From positions 45,570,001 through 45,634,000 of the forward strand of contig NW_025964372.1 of assembly GCF_023055435.1 (NCBI RefSeq): a stretch of 64,000 nt of DNA, read 5' to 3'. Source of the stretch: Haliotis rufescens. Taxonomy: Eukaryota. Shown piece after piece: positions 1 to 12,396 of the stretch (within the stretch, counting starts at the first letter, position 1; each line of letters opens with the position of its first letter). The translations under genes and the position numbers were made by a program. The notes beneath the pieces are model-generated. The model saw only the letters and a program-made list of their open reading frames with translations. It did not search any database and was not told where the DNA came from.

Positions 1-563
1 CCAAAAAGGAGGATCAGGCTCCAAAGTTTAGTTTTACATTATAATGTTTAACCAACCTGTTTTTTAGGTAACCTACCGACCCAATGTTTCACTGTTTTTT
101 TCTATTTTACATTCGAAAAAAACTGTGGATGTTTCTGCATATCTCATCAAATGGAAGGCTCTAACTATTTTGACATAGAATTCGAAAAGTGTTGCAACTA
201 ACATCAGGTGTGTATTAAATATCATCTTAAAAAATATTAAATAATTAAAAATATTTACCCACTACATAGCTGAAGAGTCATTTGCCAATTAGGACAAAAT
301 CACTATTTTGTTCAATATTGAGATATATTTTATGGTCTCTTCCTCTATATTGGTCCTGTTATCAGTGAAATACACTATGAAGTTACCTCTACAAAGCCAT
401 ATTAGTTACAACGTATATGAATTAGGAAATGTCTCATTCCAATTCAGGAACTTTTAGTGACATTTGCTGAAGAGGCCTAATATCGGCCTCTGAGGTGGTG
501 TAGATATATCTCTGCTGAAATATAAGTATATTACATTTTGGCCCGATTAAAACTTTTGCATAC

Positions 564-878
564 CTGTCAGGAATATTGCTGCGTCTCCACTACTGACATT
601 CCGCTTCAAGAGCGTGTTTATCGCCATACAGCGGAGGATTCCAATATTGGTCCTGTTTATAGTGAGAACCAGCTTCATGGAGTACTGTGCACTCAGCCCC
701 GTGGCGTCGTAGTCTCCGTAGGACGCCGTTACCTGCTCCCCGCCCCAGAACTCCTGGCCATTCAGATCCCAGTACACTTTAGGATAGGGGGCGCTGGAAC
801 CTGTGATGCACTCAAACGTCACAGACGCGTTGACTTCTACGCGAACTGATACAGGGCTGAGCTGGAACTTGTTGATAT
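564..878 (-). CDS. Ig-domain exon of an immunoglobulin-superfamily cell-surface protein (gene continues beyond the left edge)
   Basis: Phase 1-1 exon (tttacag|AT...ACAG|gtatgc, 315 nt) encoding INKFQLSPVSVRVEVNASVTFECITGSSAPYPKVYW...IGILRCMAIN, with the Ig Cys-Trp-Cys pattern; joins in frame to exon 2813-3079. Confidence 0.85.
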
Positions 879-1383
879 CTGTAAATACAAACACAACCTC
901 TCGGAACTTACATCACCGATATGATTCAGACCAGTTTCGTGACAAGGGATGGTATTTGTAACAAAGTCAGGGGTACATTTAAGCAACTTAATTTAACTTG
1001 CACCAAGTGCATGCTGACATAAAAACCAAGTTGCACCAAGTGCATATTCAAATAAGTGAGTGAATGAGTTTATGCTTTACGTCACATCGGCAATATTTCA
1101 GCCATATTGTGACGATTATATTTAAATGAAAACCTACTTGCACCAGACAATACCATGTTGCACCCTTGTCACATAAATTTATCAAAGTTGAATCACAGGC
1201 TGCCAGTGTTACATATATTAATGACGCATTGCTGTGAAATGTAATGGGAACGTGCACATAATCTTGTAGTACCCACAGTAAGTATGATACATCACACATT
1301 ATATAGGGACGAGTGATGTAGTATGGTAAACACACCTTAGAGGTACTGAGTGTCAGATGATCAATTTTGTGCGGAGACAAGTA

Positions 1384-1530
1384 AGTGAGTGAGTATGGTT
1401 TTACGCCGCTTTTAGCAATATTCAAGCAATATCACAGCGGGTGACACCAGAAAAGGGCCTCACACAGTGTACCCATGTCAGGAATCGAACCCGGGTCTTC
1501 AGCGTGGCGTGCGAACGCTTTAACCACTCA
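1384..1530 (-). mobile_element. tRNA-derived SINE family A
   Basis: Reverse complement of GTGGTTAAAGCGTTCG...GGTTCGATTCC head with (ACTC)n tail; many near-identical copies in window. Confidence 0.85.
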
Positions 1531-1738
1531 GCAGAGACAAGTAAGGTTTAGTCATGAAATATGAATGTTTTTACATGCACTTATATGCCAGTTAGCCCCA
1601 TGAAGATCCGGGTTAGAATTGGCCCTCACACGGATCTTCATGGGGGTAACTGGCATATGTATGTAAATGTACAGTTTGAATAAACATACATCCAGAGTTT
1701 TAGAGTGTGTCCTACTGGAAGTCATAATCTCGTCGTAG

Positions 1739-2747
1739 TCAGATCGTTTACTCTGGTAAGATACCTCTCTGCGTGAAGATCTGAAGACACAAACCTCAGG
1801 TGACCCTTAGTGACCATGATCTCCCATTCTAATCGAAGAAAGCATGGGTTCTTGTTCCAAATCAGTTGTCAATGCCAGCTTTCCAAAACGATTTGATTAG
1901 ATCTTCTATGATCTTCACCATAGCGATTTCGAAAATTTGAATTTCACAAAAGAAAACCCACACAGAACACAAATTAGTAAAATCTAAATATTTTTTAAAT
2001 TTAAATACTTATCCAGCATTACTATGTCTAATGCATTAAGGTAGCAATGCAGGAAAAGTTAAAAAATTACTCTTTCAGCAGAACTCCTGTTTTGGTGTAG
2101 ATACTAAGGCGGCTAAAATGGGCAGGGATTCTAAAATTTACACAAAAACGTAATGGTCAGAACTCCAGATAAGTTTTTGTGGAATTGAGTTTTTACTCTA
2201 GGGTTTCGATTTTAATTGAGTAATTACATTTTTCATTGGGAGACCAATATTTTTTCACTCATCTATTCACTCTTTTGAGTTTTTCCCACAATTTGTAATC
2301 ATTTTAAGATTTAAAAAAAATGAAATAATGTTTTAGATGTATATAAATGTTCTAAATATATAGGCTTGACTCGGAAAGTAAATTAGCTCGTAATTGTGTT
2401 TCGGAAATTAGCTCCTTTGTAGGCATGCTGAAAAAGCTTCATTGGGTATTTACGCGTGCTGATTTTATACATTTGACTTTTTCATTTAATACATGCATTT
2501 TTGTACGCAAGTTAATTGAAAGTAATTGGGTTTTTAACATTTTGGGGGGTATTTTACCGAAATACGCTGCTTATCTGTAGCTCTGATGGTGCTGTGAACA
2601 TCGTGTAAAATCGGAAAAGGATGTTTAAGTTTGTTTTCGAGATACAGAAATCAGATGGTATGTATGCTCTGCTCATCATCCCGAGAATTTAGAAGCCTTT
2701 AGATCCTCAGATCTTTGCAGGTCTTATCAGAGTAAAAGGTCTGATTT
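1739..2747. mobile_element. Degenerate non-autonomous TIR element (same family as 46089-46589) with a nested MITE
   Basis: Ends tcagatcgtttactctggtaagatacct...gaagatctga and tcagatctttgcaggtcttatcagagtaaaaggtctga are imperfect inverted repeats; homologous ends at 46089/46589. Confidence 0.45.
2158..2585. mobile_element. MITE with CAGAGCTCCAGATAAG-type TIRs
   Basis: CAGAACTCCAGATAAG ... CTTATCTGTAGCTCTG, flanked by ATGGT direct repeat. Confidence 0.7.
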
Positions 2748-2812
2748 TAGTGAGATTGGTTTTGTCACAGCAAGTTCACATCAATCCCAGCAAATATACA
2801 TGTAATACTTAC

Positions 2813-3079
2813 AAGCCAAAATGACTGTTGCAGTTTCTGAGACAGATGAAACATTTCTTGAGCTTGAGATGACACAATCGTAACGACCAATATCAGAGGA
2901 TGAAAACTGTGGTATCAGCAGAGAATTATTTCCAAATACTGCAGATTTTGTCTGTATCTGGCTGTCATTGAACCTCCATTCATAGACCAGAGTTGTCCCC
3001 CCTGAGTCCTGGGCCCGACAGTCGAGGCGGACATCGCGTCCCGCTATCACAGCCTTGCTCTGAGGACGGCTCAACCATT
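2813..3079 (-). CDS. Ig (I-set-like) domain exon of the same IgSF gene
   Basis: Phase 1-1 exon (tttttgtcaag|AA...GCTT|gtaagt, 267 nt): WLSRPQSKAVIAGRDVRLDC...YEWRFND...SLLIPQFSSSDIGRYDC, with the canonical DxGxYxC motif. Confidence 0.88.
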
Positions 3080-3271
3080 CTTGACAAAAAGGAAAATAAA
3101 CATTGGTTCAAAATTAATATTCCAATCCAAGGAAGTTTTCCACTTTTATCAACAGATGTGACAAATAAAAGCAACAGAAAGTTTTATTTGTAGTTCTATC
3201 TTAGTTAATTGGTTAGCCAAAAATCTGTAAACCAGAAAATATACTCACTGCTAAAAGTAACGCGAACCATA

Positions 3272-3515
3272 GAGTGAGTGAGTGAGCTGGGTTTAATGCC
3301 GCTTTTAACATTATTCCAGTTATATCACGGTGTGTCAGCTAAATGTGGGAGGAAAGCCTGAAGTGATGCAGGTCTCAGACGTTTACCACTTAGGTGAAAC
3401 CCACGAGCACGGCTATGGTGCTGACAAACCTAGAAACATAACAGGGGCAAATCAGGATTCAAATCCACAATCATAGATTTCTGGCGTGCCCAAGGGACAC
3501 AACTCTGCACAGCGA
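3272..3515 (-). mobile_element. SINE family C (tRNA head, V-domain/RUDI-like 3' part)
   Basis: Reverse complement of the family C consensus seen intact at 51233-51509. Confidence 0.8.
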
Positions 3516-3681
3516 ATCTGAGCATCTCTTCCAACAACATAACGGTATGTTCGTTTGTGCATTGAAACAATCTAATGTCTCTTGAATATGAGTAAGTCTT
3601 CATATATTAACCAACATGTATGGTATTCGCGTTTCTTTTGGCAGTGAGTATATAACACATGCATCAACTTTTGACGGTCTT

Positions 3682-4117
3682 GTTTGTTGTTGTTGTTTAA
3701 TGCCACACTCAGCAATATTCCAGCTTCATGACAGCAGTATGTAAATAATTCGAACCAGACAATCAAGTGATTGATATTGTGAGCAACGATCCACGCAGTC
3801 AGGGTACAATGACACGCAATCAACCAAGTCACCAAGCAGTATGTAAATAATCAACCCAGACAATCAAGTGATTGATATTGTGAGCAATGATCCACGCAGT
3901 CGGGGTAAAATGACACGCAATCAACCAAGTCACCAAGCAGTATGTAAATAATCGACCCAGACAATCGAATGATTGATATTGTGAGCAACGATCCACGCAG
4001 TCAGGGTGCAATGACACGCAATCAACCAAGACCCCAAGTCTGACTATCCGATCCATTTGGTCGCTTCTAAAAACCAGCACAGCTTGCTGGCTACCTGTTC
4101 TAACCCGGAATCCCAAC
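3682..4117 (-). mobile_element. SINE-like family B copy with an internal ~101-bp segment triplicated
   Basis: Matches family B; gcagtatgtaaataat...caatcaaccaag occurs three times in tandem. Confidence 0.75.
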
Positions 4118-4512
4118 AAGGGACTCCTGATGGTAACTGACCTATCTGAGAGGAAACGGCTGGCAGCAGCAGCAGCAGACACAATAATGCTGACCGTAGA
4201 TTCATCCTCGTTTTACAACCAGGCAGTCTGTAACCAACAACAAAGAACAATCAGTCAAGGAGGTAATTATCAAAGATTCAGAATCAAGTGCCCTTGGCAG
4301 ACAAATTGGGATGACTCTGTTATTTTGTTCAAAATTGGGATTTCTTAAAGTCGTTATTATCTAATAACATACAGTATTCTTAGAGTTTTGGACATAGCAT
4401 TCAATGCAATCTTGTAAAATTATGCATTAAAGCTTCTTCATTTAAATTGGTCCTGTTATCAGTGAAATGTAAGTCACCTCATCCAGGCCATATTAGTTAT
4501 GACTTTAATAAT

Positions 4513-4766
4513 GAGTGAGAGAGTTATGTTTTACGCTGCTTTTAACAGCATTCCAGTTATATCACGGCGTGTCATCTTAATGTGGGAGGAAAGCCTGAAG
4601 TGATGCAGGTCTCAGACGTTTACCACTTTGGTGAAACCCATGAGCACGGGTATGGTTTTGACAAACCTAAAAACAAATTCAGGGTGAACCAGGATTTGAA
4701 CCCACAATCATAAGTTTTTGCACAGCGAATTGCGGCGCCTTAGATGACTGGGCCACCCGTGCCCCC
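4513..4766 (-). mobile_element. SINE family C
   Basis: Matches 51233-51509 in reverse. Confidence 0.8.
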
Positions 4767-4971
4767 TTATGACTTTAATAACATGAAGTAGGATGTTTCT
4801 AATTCCCATTTGGGAATCATGAATTGACAACTGGTGCAGACTTTGGGTCCTAATATTAGCCAGTCAGCAGGTCTGTACATGCCAGACAAATCCCGGTAAT
4901 GGCCAGCAAGGTATTTAGTGTAAGAAATTAAGACACAAGCTTCATTTACCATGCATGCTAACACAAAGTAA

Positions 4972-5597
4972 AACAAGAGTCATCCGAAGATAACATATCC
5001 CCTCGACATAGCATGTTGGTAAACTGTGTGTACCTTCAAATGTATTTAGATTGGCAAGGAAATCTTTTTATAAAATTCTAAAAATCTCTAAATAGCAATA
5101 GGCACTTCTACTGAGCCTGATTGTTAAGTGTACCAAGTTTTGGGAAGCTAGGTTGTACGGTTTAGGAAATATGCTCAAGACAAGAGCACTACCCTCAATT
5201 TTCCTAAATTAATAATAGTTCCATGGAAACGACAAAAATATAAAATTCTAAAAATCTCTAAATAGCAAAAGGCACTTCTACTGAGCCTGATTGTTAAGTG
5301 TACCAAGTTTTGGGAAGCTAGGTTGTAAGGTTTAGGAAATATGCTCCGGACAAGAGCACTACCCTCAAATTTCTTAAGTTCATAATAGTTCGATGGAAAC
5401 GACAAAAATAAAAAATTCTTAAAATCTCTAAATAGCAAAAGGCACTACTACTGAGCCTGATTGGTGAGTGTACCAAGTTTTGTGAAGCTAGGTTGTATGG
5501 TTTAGGAAATATGCTCCGGACAAACAATGATTACAGACGGACAGACAGACATACTGATGGCTATATCCCCCCGTCATTATATGTCAGGGGGATAATA
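4972..5597 (-). mobile_element. Helentron-associated (HINE / pearl-like) non-autonomous element with internal 170-bp tandem repeats
   Basis: AACAAGAG at one end, ~2.7 copies of a 170-bp unit, ACGG/ACAG microsatellite, and terminal hairpin ATCCCCC...GGGGGAT followed by AATAAAAA. Confidence 0.65.
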
Positions 5598-7739
5598 AAA
5601 AAGTAACTCTCATTTGGTTTCGTTTACTACAACATATACTAATAATCATCCAAAATGTCCTGAGAAGCTTGCTCATGAAATGAAGGATTGACCTATCAAA
5701 AGTTGAGAAAATTATGAAAATGTCCCAGAGCCACTTGTCCCTAACTAAATCACTAGACGATGATAGAATGTCAACAATCTGTGCCAGTGTTACAAGCTAA
5801 ATGTCAATCAATGAATTGCGGAACTTACAATTGACTGTTAATCAGGCTCCATCTGGCCATCTGCCATGGAGCCGATACTTCTCCTCTCCTTAATGATTCA
5901 TAAGAACATCTGCCCAGGAAATTAATTACACAAGTCCGAGTTCCATCATGCATCAATAATTCAGCATCACTAGGTGTGTTATGCCAACAGGGGAAGATGA
6001 GGGAACAATCAAAGCACAGTAGGATCTTCACAGTTCTAACACAATATGCATAATTCTGATACTATTTCCTCGTAGTTCACATATTTCCTATTAAGTAGGA
6101 AATATACACTTGAGAATTACTGGAAAATAGTAGTCATTTGACAAAAGCATTCCACATAATGTTAAATGTATCTGTAAGGCAAATATAAGATTCCTATTCA
6201 TAACAGTGTGTCTATGTTATCATTACTCTGCTACTGCTGAGAAAAAATAGTCTTCAACAAATTATTATTTTTTTACTTCTAAAGGACAATTTCTGGAAAT
6301 CTCATAATGATCTTCACTTTCTTAATGATACATGATTGGATATTTAATTGCATGATTGAATAATAGACATATGAGAACATAATCAATTAAAATGTAAAAA
6401 TATATTTTCCAACTGAAATAATTATTTTATAATTAATGGAAAGGATTTCTTACGGCAGAAACAAAATGTATTTTTAGTGAAAATAAGCCAATCTAATATT
6501 TAATCACGACTTTATAATTCAAAATAGCACCTTAACATATTCATAGCCTTTACTTATATACAAATGCACAATGAAAAATGAAAATACTGTCATGAACCGT
6601 CATTCACCTTTTAAATGCCATGCAAGCTTCAATCATGAGTCGCCAAATTACCAGACATGTAATTAAACTCTAATTACATTACCAACAGATAACATGCTAT
6701 GTTTCCTTTAATCTAAAGATGCCGGTTGAAGCAGTTTGCTCGTTCCTCATTCAAATAAAATCATTTACACATGGTACACACATTTAAGTGCACGATGAAA
6801 CAGACCCTCCCCCTAAATCAACCAATCCAATCAATATAAGGAAGACATGCACAGGTGAACCTACGAATGACAGATACCTACCAGTATGCACATGCATGAT
6901 AGTCACATCAACATGTTCAGACTGTCGTCTTGTTTACAATGTCCATCAACCAGAATATGTCGTTTCTATGACGACAGTTATTCTGTAGATGATCTATATA
7001 ATCCGGTTTCGGTACCATGTGTGATGTATTTTGGTACCGCCTTCCTTGTGTATCACGTGATATATTCACAATACGCAAAATTTGTGACGTTTTGTGTCAG
7101 TTTTCGTTCATACTCCTTCCCTAACGAATGCTTCAACGGTTTAGTAATGTAGTGTTATTCTAATATAATTAATTACAGGCGAGCAGCAGGAATAATTCGT
7201 GGCCAGCACAAAAAAATGGTACACCTCATCCAATTCCTCGAGTATGATATCGTCTCTTAGACACAACGAGAAATCATACACAAGGTTTCGTAAATATTAT
7301 TTTATTCATATGGTTCAAGGTTGTCGAGTTGAAAGATGGCGTTATTACCCAAGTGTGTTTAGCGTACATAGTTTAAGAATTATGTTTATATTCCAACAGC
7401 GAGAGCCTGAATTGTTACACTAGTTTCGTAAAATCAGTAGATCTAGTAAGATTCACAAACAAATGTAATACAGTCATTGTAGCTGGAATATTGCGGAGTG
7501 CGGCGTTAAGGAACAAACAAACAAATGTAATACTTTCTGGATTGTCCTCACTTACAAATAAGCTGTACATAGTCAACTTGTGTATTCCAGTAATGCATTG
7601 AAAACAGGGTCAACACGATGTGAACAATTATTTGATGTCTAACTATACGTGACGCATTGTTAAACATCAACAATGCCTGTATTACGTCAATATCAGAGTG
7701 CAGAACTACTGACGGAGCCCTACTTACCCCCAAGTGTTG

Positions 7740-8003
7740 GTTGGTTGGTTTGTTGTTTTACGCCGCACTCAGCAATATTCCAGCTATATGACGGCGGTCT
7801 GTAAATAATCGAGTCTGGACCAGACAATCCAGTGATTGATATCATGAGCATCGATCCACGCAATTGGGATCGATGACATGCATCAACCAAGTCAGGGAGC
7901 CTGACCACCCGATCCCATTAGTCGCCTTTTACGACAAGCAGAGTCACCTTTTACGGCAAGCATGGGTTGCTGAAGACCTTTTCTACCCCGGAATCTTCAC
8001 GAG
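7740..8003 (-). mobile_element. SINE-like family B
   Basis: Reverse complement of CCCGTGAAGATCCGG...TGTCGTAAAAGGCGACTAA...GCTGGAATATTGCTGAGTGCGGCG-(AAAC)n. Confidence 0.8.
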
Positions 8004-8228
8004 TCTAACCACCAAATGAGCCCGTACGTGTACCGTCAGTAAAAATCAAAGATTGTTGTTACTGACCTAGATGAGACCTTTTCCAACACTCACTTCACAT
8101 ATTTCACATGAAAATTCTGGAACAGAAATTCGTTATTCGACACTGTTTTTATATCAATAATTGTGATATGCAAGGACATTAATTTTTAAAGAAATCACGT
8201 TCGTGACTATAAATATTATAGAGTAGTG

Positions 8229-8734
8229 CAGAGCTCCAGATAAGCTTTTGGTGTTGTGGGTATTTTACCCATGCATTTTAAAATCATTGGGTATCAGTAA
8301 TTCTATCTGCGTATTCAAATTTCTGTTACCCACTAGTTTTTACACATGTGGGTATTTAAGTTAAATATTTAAAAACACTATTCATCTAGTCCCTGCAAAC
8401 TGGTGTCGTGTGGGTTCGAGAGCTTTATAGGACTAAAAAATACCACGATACTTCCACAAGAAAGTGTGATGGCAAATGATCATGATGTAACTGTCATCGT
8501 GGAGTTTGGCAAGGTTGACGGAATGCCCGTTTATAATTTCAAAATAAGTTGCTGATTTGCTAATCGAATACGCAGGGTTACTTCACAATATTTTGATGAT
8601 ACACACAAGTTTTATTTTTGTAGCGTATCTGTAATGTTCGTTGCGTATTTGATACGCTTGGATTATATTTTACTGTGTATTTCTGTATTTCTGATGCGTA
8701 TTTCACGCAGATACGCAGCTTATCCGGAGCTCTG
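8229..8734. mobile_element. MITE with CAGAGCTCCAGATAAGC TIRs and 6-bp TSD
   Basis: CAGAGCTCCAGATAAGC ... GCTTATCCGGAGCTCTG flanked by GTAGTG on both sides. Confidence 0.75.
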
Positions 8735-9581
8735 GTAGTGGACGAAGGAGGGTAGCTGACAGGCCTAGGGCTTCTGCAAATGATAATGCCCTGACAAATA
8801 TAGTTGCCGTTATTATAGCTAACGTGGATTGAATTTGTAGCTAACCCCCCAAGGAACACTGCAACAAGCAGCAGCATACATTTAGTGGCTGTTATAATAG
8901 CTCACAACGGAGATAGAGAATATTTCATGTGTCGAGTGAAATATCATGTTTCTGTCATCGAGTTACAATATAAACAAAAGTATCGAAAAATATTTAGGGT
9001 CTCGAAAATTCTTCATTATACATTTAGAAAAGATACAAAATCAACAAAAATATTCTTGAAAACTAGGAGACCACTGTTTGAAGCGAAAGGACACACGCTG
9101 GTCAAGAAACGAAAATGGCGCTTTTTGAAAGTCTCGATTGACGAGTTAAATGAAAAATTTACAGTTTATAACGAAACATTTTCGAGTGAATAACACACGG
9201 AAAGACGTGATATTAACTCCACATTTATATATATATTAATTGTGTCCTGGCTAGACACTTTACAAGCTCCTCAGAGCGATATCCCGTTCGCGCAGCTCTC
9301 TATACACTCTCCTACCCAGAGTTCCATGCGACCAGCATATAGTACCTCTGCCACAGGCCAGCGCCATGTGACGATTCGTCACATCTTACACCGTCCATTC
9401 AAGATATTGTATATGTTTTTCATCTGTTTCATTTTTGACAAGTCTACATATCTAGATAAACATATGTCATAGAATGGTTTACTTTCATTGAGAAAATATC
9501 CTCAATCGTGAAATACTATTAAAGCGCCCCTAAATACTTACATTAGTCCGTTCTATTCTGATTTCTGAAAAAGCGCGTTTA

Positions 9582-9892
9582 TACGGAACCGTAGAGGGGA
9601 CATCGGATGAGAAAATAAATATCAATAGTAAGGCGTGGCCACGAGATAATAAGTCGAGGCCACGAGATAATAAGTCGTGGCCACGAGATAATAAGGCGTG
9701 GCCACGATATAATAAGTCGAGGCCACGAGATAATAAGTCGTGGCCACGAGATAATAAGGCGTGGCCACGAGATAACAAGTCGTGGCCACGATATAATAAG
9801 TCGAGGCCACGAGATGAATAAGGCGTGGCCACGATATAATAAGTCGAGGCCACGAGATAAATAAGGCGTGGCCACGACATAATTTAGCCAAT
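9582..9892 (+). repeat. Left TIR with 12 x 21-bp tandem units
   Basis: Unit AATAAG(T/G)CG(T/A)GGCCACGAGAT containing palindrome CGTGGCCACG; ends in TAATTTAGCCAAT. Confidence 0.92.
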
Positions 9893-9925
9893 GAAAACTC
9901 AGGTTACGTATTTTCGAATTTTAGG

Positions 9926-10000
9926 ATGGAGGACCTCGAGCGTTTTCTCACAGACAGGGGAGTTCCTAGCGAAAACGTTCAGCTACTTGTTGCTGACAAG
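9926..10000 (+). CDS. Transposon-borne SAM-like + HECT E3 ubiquitin ligase (692 aa), exon 1 of 8
   Basis: ATG GAG GAC...GAC AAG|gtaaaa, 25 codons MEDLERFLTDRGVPSENVQLLVADK; phase 0; with exon 2 gives a SAM-like N-terminus. Confidence 0.7.
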
Positions 10001-10772
10001 GTAAAAAGACGATAAGGTTTTCGTGTAAAACGTACTCTTCAGGTTTGCATGTAAAAATCACATTTATTACTGTATTTTCACGGTAAACGGTTGACTTGGC
10101 CAAGGTGTATGTACCATTAGGTGATGAAGAAGTAAGCTCTGCTTTTAAGCGATTTTGTACCATATTTATGAATCTTGACCATTTCCCACGAAGACCTAGA
10201 GACGAAGTTCAGTGTTTTCGTGCAACTCAAGTTTTGAACGGGCGAATCTTGAATATTACTGATATACATTGCAATAATCATTGTAATGCTATCCTACATA
10301 CAAAATCTTTTTGACATCATCAGACAACCAAATATATTGCTGTTCTCTTTGAGTTTTGTTTTTAACAAAACCCAATAAACAAATATAGAAATATAATGAA
10401 ACAAACAAACTATTAAACAAAATTGGATGTGCTTAAATAGTTTCATAGCCTAAATGTAATAATGTGCACAACATGCATTGGCAACATTTATCAGTAAAGA
10501 GCGAAGTAATAAGATATATCGTGAATATTGAAATAATCATTTGTGCTGACAATTAGCATCGATTTTCGTAGCTTATTTTCGATTTTGAACAGGCTTAAAG
10601 TTCTGGGATACAGTCCTTACCATTAGATTGTTAAATGATTTAGAATTAAATTATAAGATAAATAACAGGTAACATTAAGATGAGTTGAGAATTATTACTA
10701 TTATTCATGTGATTTAAAATATAAGCTTTGATGTGATTAAACCACTGACGAGATACAAATATTTATGTTAAG

Positions 10773-11390
10773 ATCGATCCAAGCCTTATCCTTGAGATGA
10801 AGGATGAAGAGCTTTCTAGATATATTCCTACATACGGGGACAGGCTTGCGACGGTAGTCTGGTGCAAGTCAAGGCAATTGGAAAACCCAGAAAAACAGAC
10901 CAAATCAAGCGGATTGTTCGACAGAATTCGAGAAAAAATGTCAAATCGAAGAAAGAGGGGTCAGAAAGATTTTGACTTTCTGCAAGGTAACAAAAACGCA
11001 AGAAAAACATCTCGGCGAATTGAAGTTGGGTGGATGGATTTTGACACGAAGGTTAATGCCTTTAAGCAAGTGCGGAGTCAAAACGGGGGTGGGACAAGAC
11101 ATTTATCAGTTTATAGGGATGCTGGACAAGCAGATATTCTGGCAGTAGCCAAACAACTGTTCTTTACCGATGGTGAAAGCAAAAGGGGAAACGAGGCGCA
11201 ATTCACTTTCTCCATCAAAGATTTTAAAGGGGAAGAAATGGGCCAAAAAACAGTGGCTAATGTATATGAGGAAACTAAAGTAAAGATTATTCGTTTCTAC
11301 ATGTACACAAAGAAAAAAGAGAATGAGCAAGATCTGTCAACTGACGTGGTCCAACACCAGTCTAACAATGAATCGGCGAGTCAAAAAAAG
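10773..11390 (+). CDS. HECT ligase exon 2 (SAM-like C-half plus middle domain)
   Basis: ag|ATC GAT CCA...AAA AAG|gtaaaa; IDPSLILEMKDEELSRYIPTYGDRL...GGGTRHLSV...AKQLFF; 618 nt, phase 0-0. Confidence 0.8.
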
Positions 11391-11845
11391 GTAAAACCAT
11401 ATTTTGATATCAGGTAAAAGTAAAATTGATTTTTTTGCCATACAACATAAATAAGGTTGGAATAAACCTTCTCTGAGATGTCTAGTTTCTAGAAGCCTCA
11501 CACCTCAGCGCCATAAAATAACATTGGTAATACCATCACATCGAACGCTTTCATCAAACAGTCAAGTGGAGAATGGACTTTTCTTGCATATACATACAGA
11601 CGAATATACATGCATCTTTCACAGTGTAAAGGCAGGGGTCAATATTGTTGGATGCAAAATCTGCGAGAAGGAGCGTCACACTTAAACATACGAAAATATG
11701 TGTATTGCATGCGATTAGAAATTTGATTTATCTTAATATATGCAGTTGTATGAAATCCCTTAGATTTGTTCTATTGGAGATTATAGACATTGTTGTTTTT
11801 ACCCCTAAATAATCTGGACAATGGAGATTGATGACGGCACTCCAA

Positions 11846-12080
11846 TTGCTTCTACGGGAACGCCTACTGCTTCTCCTGGGACGCCTACTATTTCTACTGG
11901 GATGCCCACTGCTTCTACCAGGACGCCCACTGCTTCTACCGGGACGTTTACTGCTTCTACCGGGACGTCTACTGCTTCTACCGGGACGTCTACTGCTTCT
12001 ACTGGGACGTCTACTGCTTCTACCGGGACGTCTACTGCTTCTACCGGGACGACTACTGCTTCTACGGGGACGCCGACTGT
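11846..12080 (+). repeat. 21-bp tandem repeat (ACTGCTTCTACCGGGACGTCT, TASTGTS in frame) in ligase intron 2
   Basis: About 11 imperfect units; open reading frame. Confidence 0.85.
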
Positions 12081-12141
12081 TGTTTTCAACTCGGGCAGTG
12101 TACGTATAAGCATTAAACACGTGGAGTATCATACTTACAGA

Positions 12142-12396
12142 CCCGTGAAGATCCGGGATAGAATTGGTCTTCAGTAACCCATCCGTGTCGTAAGAGGCGA
12201 CTAACGGGATTGGGTGGTCAGGCTCGCTGACTTGGTTGACACATGTCATCGTATCCCAATTGCGTTGACCGATGCTCATGCTGTTGATCCCTGGATGGTC
12301 TTGTCCAGACTCGATTATTTACAGACCGCCGCCTTATAGTTGGAATATTGCTGACTGATGCGTAAAAATAAACTCACTCACTCACTCACTCACTCA
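12142..12396 (+). mobile_element. SINE-like family B copy nested in ligase intron 2
   Basis: CCCGTGAAGATCCGGG...TGTCGTAAGAGGCGACTAACGGG...(ACTC)n. Confidence 0.8.

Noticed and set aside
7556-7667. Candidate signal-peptide exon of the Ig gene (strong gtaagt donor)
   Set aside because: Direct phase-1 joining to exon 3079 creates TAA; it would need an unseen intermediate exon.
9627-9880. Palindromic 21-bp array as a CRISPR array; ORFs across it (9530-9891, 21973-22273)
   Set aside because: No unique spacers, no cas genes, eukaryotic context; the array is part of the TIR and its ORFs are repeat artefacts.
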